Source: Patescibacteria group bacterium
GTDB taxonomy: Bacteria > Patescibacteriota > UBA1384 > XYA2-FULL-43-10
DNA: 32,000 nt
Direction: 5' to 3'
NCBI GenBank assembly: GCA_041674405.1
Contig: JBAYVT010000003.1
Coordinates: forward strand, 30,001-62,000
The notes beneath the pieces are model-generated. The model did not search any database and was not told the origin of the DNA. It saw nothing but the letters and a program-made list of their open reading frames with translations. The position numbers were made by a program, and so were the translations under genes. Positions 22,934-31,859 of this stretch are shown here, one piece after another (positions within the stretch are counted from its first letter, which is position 1; every line of letters begins with the position of its first letter).

Positions 22934-24745
22934 TTACCATCTTCTGGATTTTTTATTATTTTTTGGCGCTACTTTTTTGGCTGAGTCTTTCTTTACTGGA
23001 GCCGCCACAATTTTCTTTTCTTTAACTACAGCCGTTGCCGCAGTTCCTTCGCTATCGCCGCCAAACCAGTAAAAATATCCGCCCGTGGCCGCACCAGCCA
23101 ACAGAATCAAGATGAAGAGTATGATCCACGGGGTCCAGTTGATTTTATTATCTTCCGAATCATTACTGGTATCCTCAGCGGCTTTTATCTGCCCATTTTG
23201 GTCAAGATCGGATTGCTCTTCACCAGAAGGAGCCGCTGTAGCAGCTTGGGCTGTAGCAGGAGCTGTGAAAGAAACAGCCGTGGCATTACTGGTGGTTACA
23301 CTTGGCCCAACGACCGGAACTGGTGCAGTTAATTTGACAGAAACAACTTCAGAGCTTGAGGTTTCAGTCGCGCTCTTAGCAACAACCTTGACGGAATAAT
23401 CACCATAAGAAGCAACTGACACATTTTCCTTGTAAGCATTACCTTTATCATCAGCAGCAACCGAAATGGTTTTGGAAATAATTCCGTTCACATAAATTTC
23501 GTATGAAGTAACACCGCCACCGACCCCGTTGAAGGAAACATTTATACTCTTTCCATCACCCGGAGTAGCCGCAACAACAGGAGTAGGCAAATAGTCTACA
23601 TGCGCATTAATTACATTCGAAATCGCCGACTCATTCCCAGCATTGTCGAAAGCTTTTACGTAATAGATAAAATCGCCATTACCTGGCATATCTGTATATT
23701 TCGCATCCGTAATCAATGCCAAGTTAAGAGAAACATCGGTTGGGCTTGGGACTTCAGTGCTTAAAATTCTATAAACATTGTACCCGGCAATGCCATTTGC
23801 GTCGGTCGAATCACTCCATGCAAGATCAACTTCATTCTTCACTACATTGCCGGCCAAATCCGTAATCGCTGTTGGAACCACGGTGTCGACGGTGAATGAC
23901 GAAATTCCGGCCATTTTTGAATCCTTTTCGCCATCAGAAGCTATGACATACCAGTAATACTGGCCGTCGGATAATTTATGTGGATTTGTGCTCTGAAAAC
24001 TTGTAGAAGTTAAGCCGGTTTTGTGAATCTTGGCGGCACTATCACCAACTTTATACACGAATAATTCATAAGTAATGGCGTCATTATCCGAATCCGTCGA
24101 TGGTTGCCATACAAATTCTGGATTTTGGCTCTTAACATACGAGCTATCTGCCGGCGATGTCATCACGGGAGCAGTTGGGGCAGTATCTTCAGAAACAAAT
24201 GTCACCTTGAAGTTCACAAACGAGTTGTTGCCATCATCAGAATTTTTTCCTAACAGCTTGATATTAACATCACTCTTTCCATAGAAATGATAATCATCAT
24301 TTAGAGAATAATAGCCCGATAGCTTACCATTATCTGTGCTGGTCTTATCAGCCTTTTTTGTTTGGTCAATACTTGGAATAATCTCAGTTGCACCTGCGCC
24401 TTGTGATATTTCATAAGTAGCTTGGTGCGTGTGATTATTCCACACTCTCCACTCTGCTTCAATTTTATAAATTCCCGGCAGATCGACTGAATTATCCAAG
24501 GCATCATCCGCTTCTACGTATGCGCCTACCACACTACCATCAGTGTAAAGTTCTTTTCCATAAGCGTTGGTGTAAGTATGCCACTCAGCTGACGGAAAAG
24601 CAGTAACACCAGAAACACCAATAATTTTTTCCGGTGCGGCTGCCATGGCCGGTTTGGCGGTTAAAATTCCTGTATAAAGCGATGCGGGTATCATCAGCAT
24701 TGTTGCAAGCAGGCATACCACCCACTTTTTAGTTCTTAATCTCAT
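22934..24745 (-). CDS. Large secreted surface protein with FN3/Ig-like repeats and C-terminal TM anchor
   Basis: Signal peptide MRLRTKKWVVCLLATMLMIPASLYTGILTAKPAMA. FN3-like segments (EFVWQPSTDSDNDAITYELFVY; VDLAWSDSTDANGIAGYNVYRI). C-terminal TM WIILFILILLAGAATGGYFYWF followed by a Lys-rich tail. SD GAGAGAGG precedes the ATG at 24745; the ORF track extends to GTG 24793. Confidence 0.7.
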   Translation of the reverse strand: MRLRTKKWVVCLLATMLMIPASLYTGILTAKPAMAAAPEKIIGVSGVTAFPSAEWHTYTNAYGKELYTDGSVVGAYVEADDALDNSVDLPGIYKIEAEWRVWNNHTHQATYEISQGAGATEIIPSIDQTKKADKTSTDNGKLSGYYSLNDDYHFYGKSDVNIKLLGKNSDDGNNSFVNFKVTFVSEDTAPTAPVMTSPADSSYVKSQNPEFVWQPSTDSDNDAITYELFVYKVGDSAAKIHKTGLTSTSFQSTNPHKLSDGQYYWYVIASDGEKDSKMAGISSFTVDTVVPTAITDLAGNVVKNEVDLAWSDSTDANGIAGYNVYRILSTEVPSPTDVSLNLALITDAKYTDMPGNGDFIYYVKAFDNAGNESAISNVINAHVDYLPTPVVAATPGDGKSINVSFNGVGGGVTSYEIYVNGIISKTISVAADDKGNAYKENVSVASYGDYSVKVVAKSATETSSSEVVSVKLTAPVPVVGPSVTTSNATAVSFTAPATAQAATAAPSGEEQSDLDQNGQIKAAEDTSNDSEDNKINWTPWIILFILILLAGAATGGYFYWFGGDSEGTAATAVVKEKKIVAAPVKKDSAKKVAPKNNKKSRRW

Positions 24746-25129
24746 AAAACCTCTCTCATTGTTAAATTTTAATACAGACAAAAAAGCTAACACAAAACGT
24801 TAACACTTTAGCAATCTAGATTGTTAAATTCCCTCCAGAATACGAGAAACCTCGTTTGGTCTAGGTCTGCCCTCACTTTTTCGGGAATTTTTGATGATTT
24901 CAGCTATTTATTTTTCCTAAAGCAAATTTGCCTTAAGATGAGTTCACTTTCGCCATATCCTACCCATAGTCGAAGTATCACACTTTATCATACTTTTTAC
25001 TGACCATAAGCAGTGCTTTTCTGGCTGAGGAGTAGAATATCAATCATGTTATCGCTTGTCAAATTTATATTTTTTCTAGCCCCCACCTTATAAATAATAA
25101 GTTATCCACAAGAGATATCACACAGTAAC

Positions 25130-25153
25130 AAAAAAGCCCTGAAGGGCTTTTTT
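25130..25153 (-). terminator. Terminator hairpin after the CAP-domain gene
   Basis: aaaaaagccct-gaa-gggctttttt. The T-run lies on the minus strand downstream of the stop at 25188. Confidence 0.65.
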
Positions 25154-25187
25154 GTATTTTTATTCATCTCAATTTTTTTGTTATACA

Positions 25188-25766
25188 TTAGGGAATATTA
25201 AAAGATGCAATTTTAGAAACAATATTGTCAAAAATCTGAAGCACAACAGGCTTTTTGCGGCCAAACATATTTGTAACCATATAAGTATCATGCGAACCAT
25301 TATTATCTTTATAAGCCCCCTTTACCACGCCGATTCCCATGTCAGAATAATCAGGGTTTAAAATATTGTCCCTATGGGCCGGTGATTTCATCCAAGCATT
25401 TACTGTGCCTTCGGCAGTATTAAAATCCATAGCAAGGTTTTCTCCAGCATAAAGATAATTATATCCTGCGCTTATAATAAAATCCCACGGGGCAAGATCA
25501 AACGCATAGTGTTCAAAATAGTTTCGATTTACCATATCCAAAGACTTATTCTTGGCGGCCTGATCGAGGCTTTTATCAATCCTAAGAGGAATTAAACCGT
25601 TTGCAGTTCTTTCGGAATTGATCAATAGCTCAATATTCTCCGGAGTAATTTCTGAGGCAAAAGCACCAGAAATTGAAGTAAAAATAACAATAGCAGCAAC
25701 AATTAGGCCAAAATATGTTTTGAATTTTTTAAAATTATTTACCATTTTTGTATTTGTTTTATTCAT
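25188..25766 (-). CDS. CAP/SCP/PR-1 (YkwD-like) domain secreted protein
   Basis: N-terminal TM/signal, then NSERTANGL…LDQAAKNKSLDMVNRNYFEH…GENLA…AWMKSPAHRDNILNPDYSDMGIGV. Confidence 0.8.
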   Translation of the reverse strand: MNKTNTKMVNNFKKFKTYFGLIVAAIVIFTSISGAFASEITPENIELLINSERTANGLIPLRIDKSLDQAAKNKSLDMVNRNYFEHYAFDLAPWDFIISAGYNYLYAGENLAMDFNTAEGTVNAWMKSPAHRDNILNPDYSDMGIGVVKGAYKDNNGSHDTYMVTNMFGRKKPVVLQIFDNIVSKIASFNIP

Positions 25767-25906
25767 TTTTGTTTTTATTTTGTATTACAGAGTATGAAAT
25801 TATACTATTATATCAATATTCTTCATTCTTGTCAATCCTAGCCAAGCTGATCTTGTTTAACCTTGAATTTATTAGCATAATTCTGTTATTATATCTTCGT
25901 GCGATT

Positions 25907-25981
25907 GGGCCCATAGCTCAGTGGTAGAGCGCCCGGCTCATAACCGGTTGGTCGCAGGTCCGATCCCTGCTGGGCCCACCA
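25907..25981 (+). tRNA. tRNA-Ile2-like (anticodon CAU, probable lysidine substrate)
   Basis: GGGCCCATAGCTCAGTGGTAGAGCG-CCCGG-CTCATAA-CCGG…GGTCGCAGGTCCGATCCCTGCTGGGCCCACCA. The 3' half closely resembles E. coli ileX, including the C4-G69 and C5-G68 pairs. The T-loop reads TCCGATC, which is unusual at position 55. Confidence 0.75.
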
Positions 25982-26021
25982 AAATACTTTTCGACTGCGA
26001 CAATTAGAATGAAATAAAATT

Positions 26022-26567
26022 TTGAATACGAACAAAGAATTCATGACGCCAGGTAGCCCCGTTTTCGACGATGATTTATATTTGGCGATTTATTTAGTTA
26101 AAAGTCAATCAGGGATAGACAGAATCAGATCAAAAGCCGAAAACGATGGATTTAGGGAGCAAAATAATCTGCACATTACCGTATTGAGTGAAAAAGTATT
26201 TCTTCCGCTACTGCAAGAATCTTCGCCGGCAAAAAGAACCAAAATCATACAGAAAATAATTTCTCTGATTTCGCATACCGACTGGAAATTTAAACTCGAA
26301 GATATTTATTATGTCGCAGGCTTAATACCAGCCGCCAGAACTGGAACCCGTGACGAATATCGAGAATCATACATTAGAACAGTTTGCATGCCAGGATTCA
26401 ATCAATTTATAGAAAATATAAATAACATTCTTGAATCAAGAATCCCCCTTCCTTTTCCGCATATCACCCTCTTTACAAAAGGAGAGGGCAAAAACCCAAA
26501 ATATTACGGAATTCCAATAAATTCAAAAGAAGAATTTCAGGGACTAAAGTCGAGACAAATCCGCTAA
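26022..26567 (+). CDS. 2H phosphoesterase superfamily protein (LigT/CPDase-like)
   Basis: Two H-x-T-x motifs lie in the expected halves (NNLHITVLSE and FPHITLFTKG). The start is ambiguous between TTG 26022 and ATG 26043. Confidence 0.55.
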   Translation: MNTNKEFMTPGSPVFDDDLYLAIYLVKSQSGIDRIRSKAENDGFREQNNLHITVLSEKVFLPLLQESSPAKRTKIIQKIISLISHTDWKFKLEDIYYVAGLIPAARTGTRDEYRESYIRTVCMPGFNQFIENINNILESRIPLPFPHITLFTKGEGKNPKYYGIPINSKEEFQGLKSRQIR

Positions 26568-26633
26568 ATAACAATTTTTACATGTTTGATTTGTGTTTAA
26601 CCGGTGGTTTCTTGTAAAATATTAGTATAACTA

Positions 26634-28073
26634 GTGGGGGCAAAAGTGACATTCAAGACAAAAAGAATTCTCGAATGGGTAGCATTTTCTTTCTTCGCGC
26701 TACTTCTTTTATTATCCGGATCTCTTTTTTTCTATCAACAAACCTATGCTGGAAAAATTTATCACAGAGTAAAAATTGCAGATATTGAATTATCCGGAAA
26801 GACAAAACAGCAAGCGATAACTCTCTTGGAGAGCAAGAAAACTAATGTTTTGACAAAAAATGTTACGCTCACCGCAGGAGACAAAAGCGCCACAGCAAAG
26901 GTATCCGATACCGGCTTATCGATCGATACAAACAAGTCCGTAAATGAAGCATATGCGGTTGGAAGAAACAATAAATTTCTTGTTCAGATCTATCTTTCCG
27001 CTATGACGATTTTGAAGCCAAATTCAATTAATCTGGCTGTTTCGGTAGATGAAGAAAAATTCAATAGTTTTGTTTCATCACAAATTCCTGGCCTGGGTAT
27101 TGAACCCAAAAATGCGGAGCTAAAAATTGAGAATGGGGTTTTGTCTGAAATTCCAGAGCAATCAGGCCAAGTAGCAAATTCCGGTGACTTGGCACAAAAA
27201 ATAATCTCTTTAAGTGGAAATAACGATACTACAGAGAGTTTTAACATTCCCCTTGAGACAAATGTGGTCGCACCAGAAATCAAAATTGCCGATTTGAGTT
27301 CAGCCGAAGCAGCGGCACAAAAATATTTATCAAGCAACATTGTTTTAAATTATAATTCGCAATCTTATAAACCAACTAAATCGGATATCGGAAAATGGAT
27401 CGTTTTTTCCGTAAGCGAAGGCCTGTATAAAACGAATCTAGATGACAATGTGATCAAAACCTATCTCACCACCATTGCGAAAAATTTTGAAATACAAAGG
27501 GTGGACAAAAAAATTAATGCGGTGGACAATAGCGTAATTGAAGAAGGTAGAGAGGGTTTATATTTGAACAAAGACCAGGCCCTAAAGGATATAAAAAATC
27601 AAATTAATTCTCAGAACTCATTCAGCATCGCCCTTGCGACAACCACCGAGGCACCAAAAGAAGTAAGGGTTTTTCCCGCAGAAGGAATCGTGCCTGGCCG
27701 TTTTGAAGGTAAATACATTGATATAGACCTAGCCCAGCAAAAATTATGCCAAATTGAATTTAATACAATTCTTGCCTGCTATACTATCTCTTCAGGTAAA
27801 GCCTCTACGCCTACTCCGGTTGGCACAAGATACATCCAAGACAAAAATCCAAAGGCTTGGTCAGCTCCATATGGACTCTGGATGCCATGGTGGAATGGAT
27901 TGGGGGGCGGCTATGGAATTCATGAGCTGCCAGAATGGCCAAATGGTTACAAGGAAGGCGAAAGCCACCTGGGCACGCCAGTATCACATGGTTGCGTGCG
28001 ATTAGGCGTTGGCTCAGCACAGGTTGTATATGACTGGGCACCGATCGGAACTCCGGTATACATACACAAATAG
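26634..28073 (+). CDS. L,D-transpeptidase (YkuD domain) with N-terminal TM and long extracytoplasmic region
   Basis: The C-terminal catalytic domain is …GIHELPEW…GTPVSHGCVRLGVGSAQVVYDW (the SHGCxR motif). GTG start. Confidence 0.82.
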   Translation: MGAKVTFKTKRILEWVAFSFFALLLLLSGSLFFYQQTYAGKIYHRVKIADIELSGKTKQQAITLLESKKTNVLTKNVTLTAGDKSATAKVSDTGLSIDTNKSVNEAYAVGRNNKFLVQIYLSAMTILKPNSINLAVSVDEEKFNSFVSSQIPGLGIEPKNAELKIENGVLSEIPEQSGQVANSGDLAQKIISLSGNNDTTESFNIPLETNVVAPEIKIADLSSAEAAAQKYLSSNIVLNYNSQSYKPTKSDIGKWIVFSVSEGLYKTNLDDNVIKTYLTTIAKNFEIQRVDKKINAVDNSVIEEGREGLYLNKDQALKDIKNQINSQNSFSIALATTTEAPKEVRVFPAEGIVPGRFEGKYIDIDLAQQKLCQIEFNTILACYTISSGKASTPTPVGTRYIQDKNPKAWSAPYGLWMPWWNGLGGGYGIHELPEWPNGYKEGESHLGTPVSHGCVRLGVGSAQVVYDWAPIGTPVYIHK

Positions 28074-28108
28074 TCCTTAAAGTCTATCGAGTCACAATAC
28101 CTTGAGCT

Positions 28109-28867
28109 CTATTTTGTTACTATTAGGAGCTCTTTTTGTCCGCCGTCGGGATTTTTGACTGACTCAAGAACCGTTTGGTAGAGGTAATAATATCCTTCGC
28201 CCTTCCTCGTTCCAGGATCGTTGGTAATAAATCCAGCGCTATCATAGCCCTTGATCACCAGCATATGGTATTCTGGCCCGCCGTTTGTGAAATTTGGGTT
28301 GCCCAAAAGCCGCCCGTCAGTTGGGACAATTACCGGTACCCCACTAGCAATTAATCGCTTGATTGAATCAACTGAGTAATCAGATAATACTTCGCCAGAT
28401 AGTCCGTAAACATTTTGGGCTAATATAAGAGTTTTTTCAGCAGTAAGATCATAGTGCCCACCCCAATTCTTCATCTGCCAATCTACCATAGAGAGAATAT
28501 CATCGCGCATTGACTCTTTGGACAAAGTTTTTTCGTTTAGATAATATCGAACAATATCGATCGATGCCTCCTCGCAAGCATTCTGCCAAGGCTCAGACCA
28601 GTCGCCAGAAGGAGCCTGGGAAGCGAAAGACATCGAGAGAACTTTTTTTGAGGGAATTTCCAGGGGTTTATCTTCTGAGGCAGTTATTTGAGTCTCCCCT
28701 AAATTCTTCTCGAGAGAAGACTGGGAAATTTCGGCCTCCGTATTTTCAGATTTTTTGTCTTCAATATCAATTTTTGGATATAGCAAAATCAGAGCAGATA
28801 TCAAGAGAATAATGCCGAATATTATTAAACGAAGAGAAAAGGCCCCCTCTTTGTCGTTTTTTTTCAT
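28109..28867 (-). CDS. C39-like (Peptidase_C39_2 / YvpB-like) membrane-anchored protein
   Basis: N-terminal TM, then LSMSFASQAPSGDWSEPWQNACEEASI… and …YHMLVIKGYD…FITNDPG, typical of the C39-like fold. I prefer the ATG at 28867; the ORF track extends to TTG 28894. Confidence 0.55.
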   Translation of the reverse strand: MKKNDKEGAFSLRLIIFGIILLISALILLYPKIDIEDKKSENTEAEISQSSLEKNLGETQITASEDKPLEIPSKKVLSMSFASQAPSGDWSEPWQNACEEASIDIVRYYLNEKTLSKESMRDDILSMVDWQMKNWGGHYDLTAEKTLILAQNVYGLSGEVLSDYSVDSIKRLIASGVPVIVPTDGRLLGNPNFTNGGPEYHMLVIKGYDSAGFITNDPGTRKGEGYYYLYQTVLESVKNPDGGQKELLIVTK

Positions 28868-28873
28868 GTGGAG

Positions 28874-28902
28874 ATTATAGAGGAATGGCAACAAAAAATC
28901 AA
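28874..28902 (-). promoter_or_regulatory. Candidate promoter TTGATT-N17-TATAAT placed 6 nt from the ATG (leaderless-type)
   Basis: The minus strand reads ttgatt-ttttgttgccattcctc-tataat-ctccac-ATG. Confidence 0.45.
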
Positions 28903-28959
28903 TCTAAACAATATTCTCACAGAATCTGTAGGTGTACTATAATCGTTCAAAAATTGGAC

Positions 28960-31476
28960 TTATAAAATGTCTTTTGAGGACATAGTGATCGAGTCACCTT
29001 TTTGAAGTTCACCCGAAAGAAACTTTTTTGCCAATACATCTTCTAGTTTTTCCTGAATGGCGCGAGACATGGGACGGGCACCCATCTGTGGATCATACCC
29101 TATTCCTGCCAGCTTTACGATCGCATCTGGCATCACAATCAGATTGACCCCTTTGTTTTTAGCAACAATATCGGTAAGATTTTTAACCATTAGAGTTGCA
29201 ATTTTGACTATGTCTTCACGTGTTAATGGAGAAAATACTATAACGCTTGTAAACCTGTTCAAAAATTCCGGACGATAAATATTTTGCTCGATAATATAGT
29301 TCAAGAGATCGTTTTTTACTTTTTCATACTCGACTCCCGACTGAACCGATTGGCGTATTAAATTTGCACCAGCATTGGACGTGGCAATAATAATAGTGTT
29401 TGTAAATGCTACTTTGCGTCCTGACCCATCCGTCAAGTGGCCTTCATCCAAAACCTGCAAAAACAAGTTCAATATATCCGGATGCGCTTTTTCAATCTCA
29501 TCAAACAGAAGAAGGGAAAAAGGCCTTTCTCGCACGGCAGTAGTAAGCACTCCCTGTGTTTCTTCTCCAGAAATATTTGATCCGATAAACCGGTAAATGT
29601 CTTGTTTGTTTTGAAACTCTGACATATCAAATCTAATCATGCGGCTTTCGTCACCAAAATATGCTTCGGCTAAAGCTTTGGCCGTTTCCGTTTTTCCTAC
29701 ACCGGTTGATCCCAAAAACAGAAAAGATCCGATTGGTTTTTTTGTATCCGTCACACCGGCGCGGGAGCGGCGCAAAGCATTGGCAATGGCATTTATCGCC
29801 TCCCCTTGCCCGATCACCCTTTTGTGCATAATGCTTTCAAGATCTAAAAGCTTCTTCTTTTCAGACTCATCAACTTCCCCGCTCGGCACGTCATATTTTT
29901 CAGAAACATAGGCCAAAATATCATCTGGAGTAATAATCGTCTCTCCCCTTTCGGATGTTGCTTTGGCCGATGCTCCATCTAAAAGATTGATCGATTTTTC
30001 AGGATTTGGCTGATTTAAAATAAATTTATCCGCAGCATGGATGGTTTCTTTGATTGCCCCATACGAGATTAATGAATTCGTATGGTATTCGATTTGAGGA
30101 ACAATATCCTCCAATATTCTAACCATTTCATTTTTATCCGGTTCTTCAATGGTTACCCTGGTAAAACGCTCGACCAAGACGCCATTTGTAGCAAAATATT
30201 TATTGTAAGATGAAATATCGCAGGTTCCAACAAAATAAACCCCAGAACCTTCCAAATAAGGAAGGATGACTTCGGATGCATTTACCCTTCCGGCATCTCC
30301 AGAAGAAAACAGATTTTGGATATTTTCAATAAACAGAATAATATTGCCCGCTCTTGTGGCTTCATTTAATATCTCTGTCAATCTTTGCGTGATTTCCCCT
30401 CCGCTTACAGCACCCGAAAGCAGTGAATCAATATCAAGTTTCAAAACATGTTTATTGGAAAGCGAACCCATCGCTTTCCCCTCATAAACCCTCTTCACAA
30501 AACCAAGTGCTGTTGTCTTCTTCCCAACACCAGCTTCTCCAACCAGTAGAACATTGCCTCCAGTTTGTTTGGTAAGCGCTTCTTCCATTGCTTTGATCTC
30601 TTTGTCATGACCCACAATATGCAAATTTAATCCGGTTTCGGCGATAGTTCTGGTAAGATCTTGCGAATATTGTTTCAAAAGGACCGCCGCTCCAAATATC
30701 CAATCCTTACCTACCCCTCCGGTCAACTTTATATTGTCTGGATTTATAAATTTCTTTTTATAATATTTTTCACGGACTTCGGCAGTTTGCCAGTAAACTA
30801 TATTGGCCAAATCTTGAAGTTCAAGCCGATAATCTGACATGAAACGCTGTAATCCTTTGTCCTTTTCACAGAGCGCCACAAAAAGGTCGCCAACCTCAAT
30901 TTGGTGATGAGATTCTGCCTGGGCAATTTTTAGGGCGCGTATAACCAACTGCAAAGTATCAGAATCGCCCGATTCTCCTTCCAGATATTCGCCAACTAAA
31001 TCTTTCGAAGTTCCAATTCTTGCAAGAATAAAAATCATATCCGGCGAATTTAATATGGCTTTTGCGATGTCTTTGGAGGTCGCATTATCGGCATATCCCC
31101 TGAGTCCTCGGGACCATGCTTTTGCTAGTTCAAATGAAAATACCCCGAACAAATTGCATTCCCCGCCGTTAGCAATCGCCTCTACAAATTCATTTAATTC
31201 GTATTGTTTCGGATATCTCACACGAACTTTATAAAATGCTACCGCAGTTAAATACAAAATAAACACGCCAATATCCAGCAAAACCCATCCTCTGTACGGA
31301 TCAATTTCGTTAAAATCAAACCAACTCCCAATATCGGCAACTATAGCGGCAGCAGAAATTAAATAGAATATAAAAACAATAAACTTAAAAAAATAATTCG
31401 AAACAAGGGCATCAATCTTGATCGCTTTAGCAATTATTGTGCCATTTTCTTCAATTTTGCAATTTGAATCTTTCAT
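28960..31476 (-). CDS. Membrane-anchored ClpA/B/C-family double-AAA+ ATPase
   Basis: N-terminal TM helices (FFKFIVFIFYLISAAAIVADIG; VLLDIGVFILYLTAVAFY). D1 Walker A GEAGVGKKT. D2 Walker A GSTGVGKTE, Walker B LLLFDEIEKAH and sensor RPEFLNRF. The ATG at 31476 overlaps the upstream stop (TGATG). Confidence 0.8.
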   Translation of the reverse strand: MKDSNCKIEENGTIIAKAIKIDALVSNYFFKFIVFIFYLISAAAIVADIGSWFDFNEIDPYRGWVLLDIGVFILYLTAVAFYKVRVRYPKQYELNEFVEAIANGGECNLFGVFSFELAKAWSRGLRGYADNATSKDIAKAILNSPDMIFILARIGTSKDLVGEYLEGESGDSDTLQLVIRALKIAQAESHHQIEVGDLFVALCEKDKGLQRFMSDYRLELQDLANIVYWQTAEVREKYYKKKFINPDNIKLTGGVGKDWIFGAAVLLKQYSQDLTRTIAETGLNLHIVGHDKEIKAMEEALTKQTGGNVLLVGEAGVGKKTTALGFVKRVYEGKAMGSLSNKHVLKLDIDSLLSGAVSGGEITQRLTEILNEATRAGNIILFIENIQNLFSSGDAGRVNASEVILPYLEGSGVYFVGTCDISSYNKYFATNGVLVERFTRVTIEEPDKNEMVRILEDIVPQIEYHTNSLISYGAIKETIHAADKFILNQPNPEKSINLLDGASAKATSERGETIITPDDILAYVSEKYDVPSGEVDESEKKKLLDLESIMHKRVIGQGEAINAIANALRRSRAGVTDTKKPIGSFLFLGSTGVGKTETAKALAEAYFGDESRMIRFDMSEFQNKQDIYRFIGSNISGEETQGVLTTAVRERPFSLLLFDEIEKAHPDILNLFLQVLDEGHLTDGSGRKVAFTNTIIIATSNAGANLIRQSVQSGVEYEKVKNDLLNYIIEQNIYRPEFLNRFTSVIVFSPLTREDIVKIATLMVKNLTDIVAKNKGVNLIVMPDAIVKLAGIGYDPQMGARPMSRAIQEKLEDVLAKKFLSGELQKGDSITMSSKDIL

Positions 31477-31859
31477 CAAAATGCCCTGATCCCTCTAATG
31501 ATCAAATATACTGCCAAAACTGGAACCAAGGGCCAGGCGATCACCATAATAATTGACCCGGCTAAAGTAAAAATCGAGGACACTAAATACGAAAAAAGCG
31601 TCATTAATTTAATAATGAAACCAGTAAACCTTGAAGCTAAATTCAGAGTCCAGGCCTTGAATTTTTCCTGTAGAGTAAGGCCCTCATAATTTATAAGGTC
31701 CCGCTTCCACGGAGAAAACAGGGTCGTAATACACACTTTCACCGAAAAAAGATCAAAATTTATAATAAAAAACGCGCGAATGTACTTAAAAAGACGGCCG
31801 TATGCGTACCCATACCACCAAGAAAGATATAGGATCGGTAAACTGGTTGTCCCCTCCAT
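31476..31859 (-). CDS. Small membrane protein translationally coupled to the Clp-like ATPase
   Basis: 127 aa with 3-4 TM segments. Its stop overlaps the start of the ATPase gene. Confidence 0.5.
   Translation of the reverse strand: MEGTTSLPILYLSWWYGYAYGRLFKYIRAFFIINFDLFSVKVCITTLFSPWKRDLINYEGLTLQEKFKAWTLNLASRFTGFIIKLMTLFSYLVSSIFTLAGSIIMVIAWPLVPVLAVYLIIRGIRAF

Noticed and set aside
24794-25060. c-di-GMP (GEMM-I-like) riboswitch in the leader of the surface protein gene
   Set aside because: GGCGAAAG and GGCAAA strings are present, but in the wrong order and context relative to the GEMM-I consensus. No supporting helices were found.
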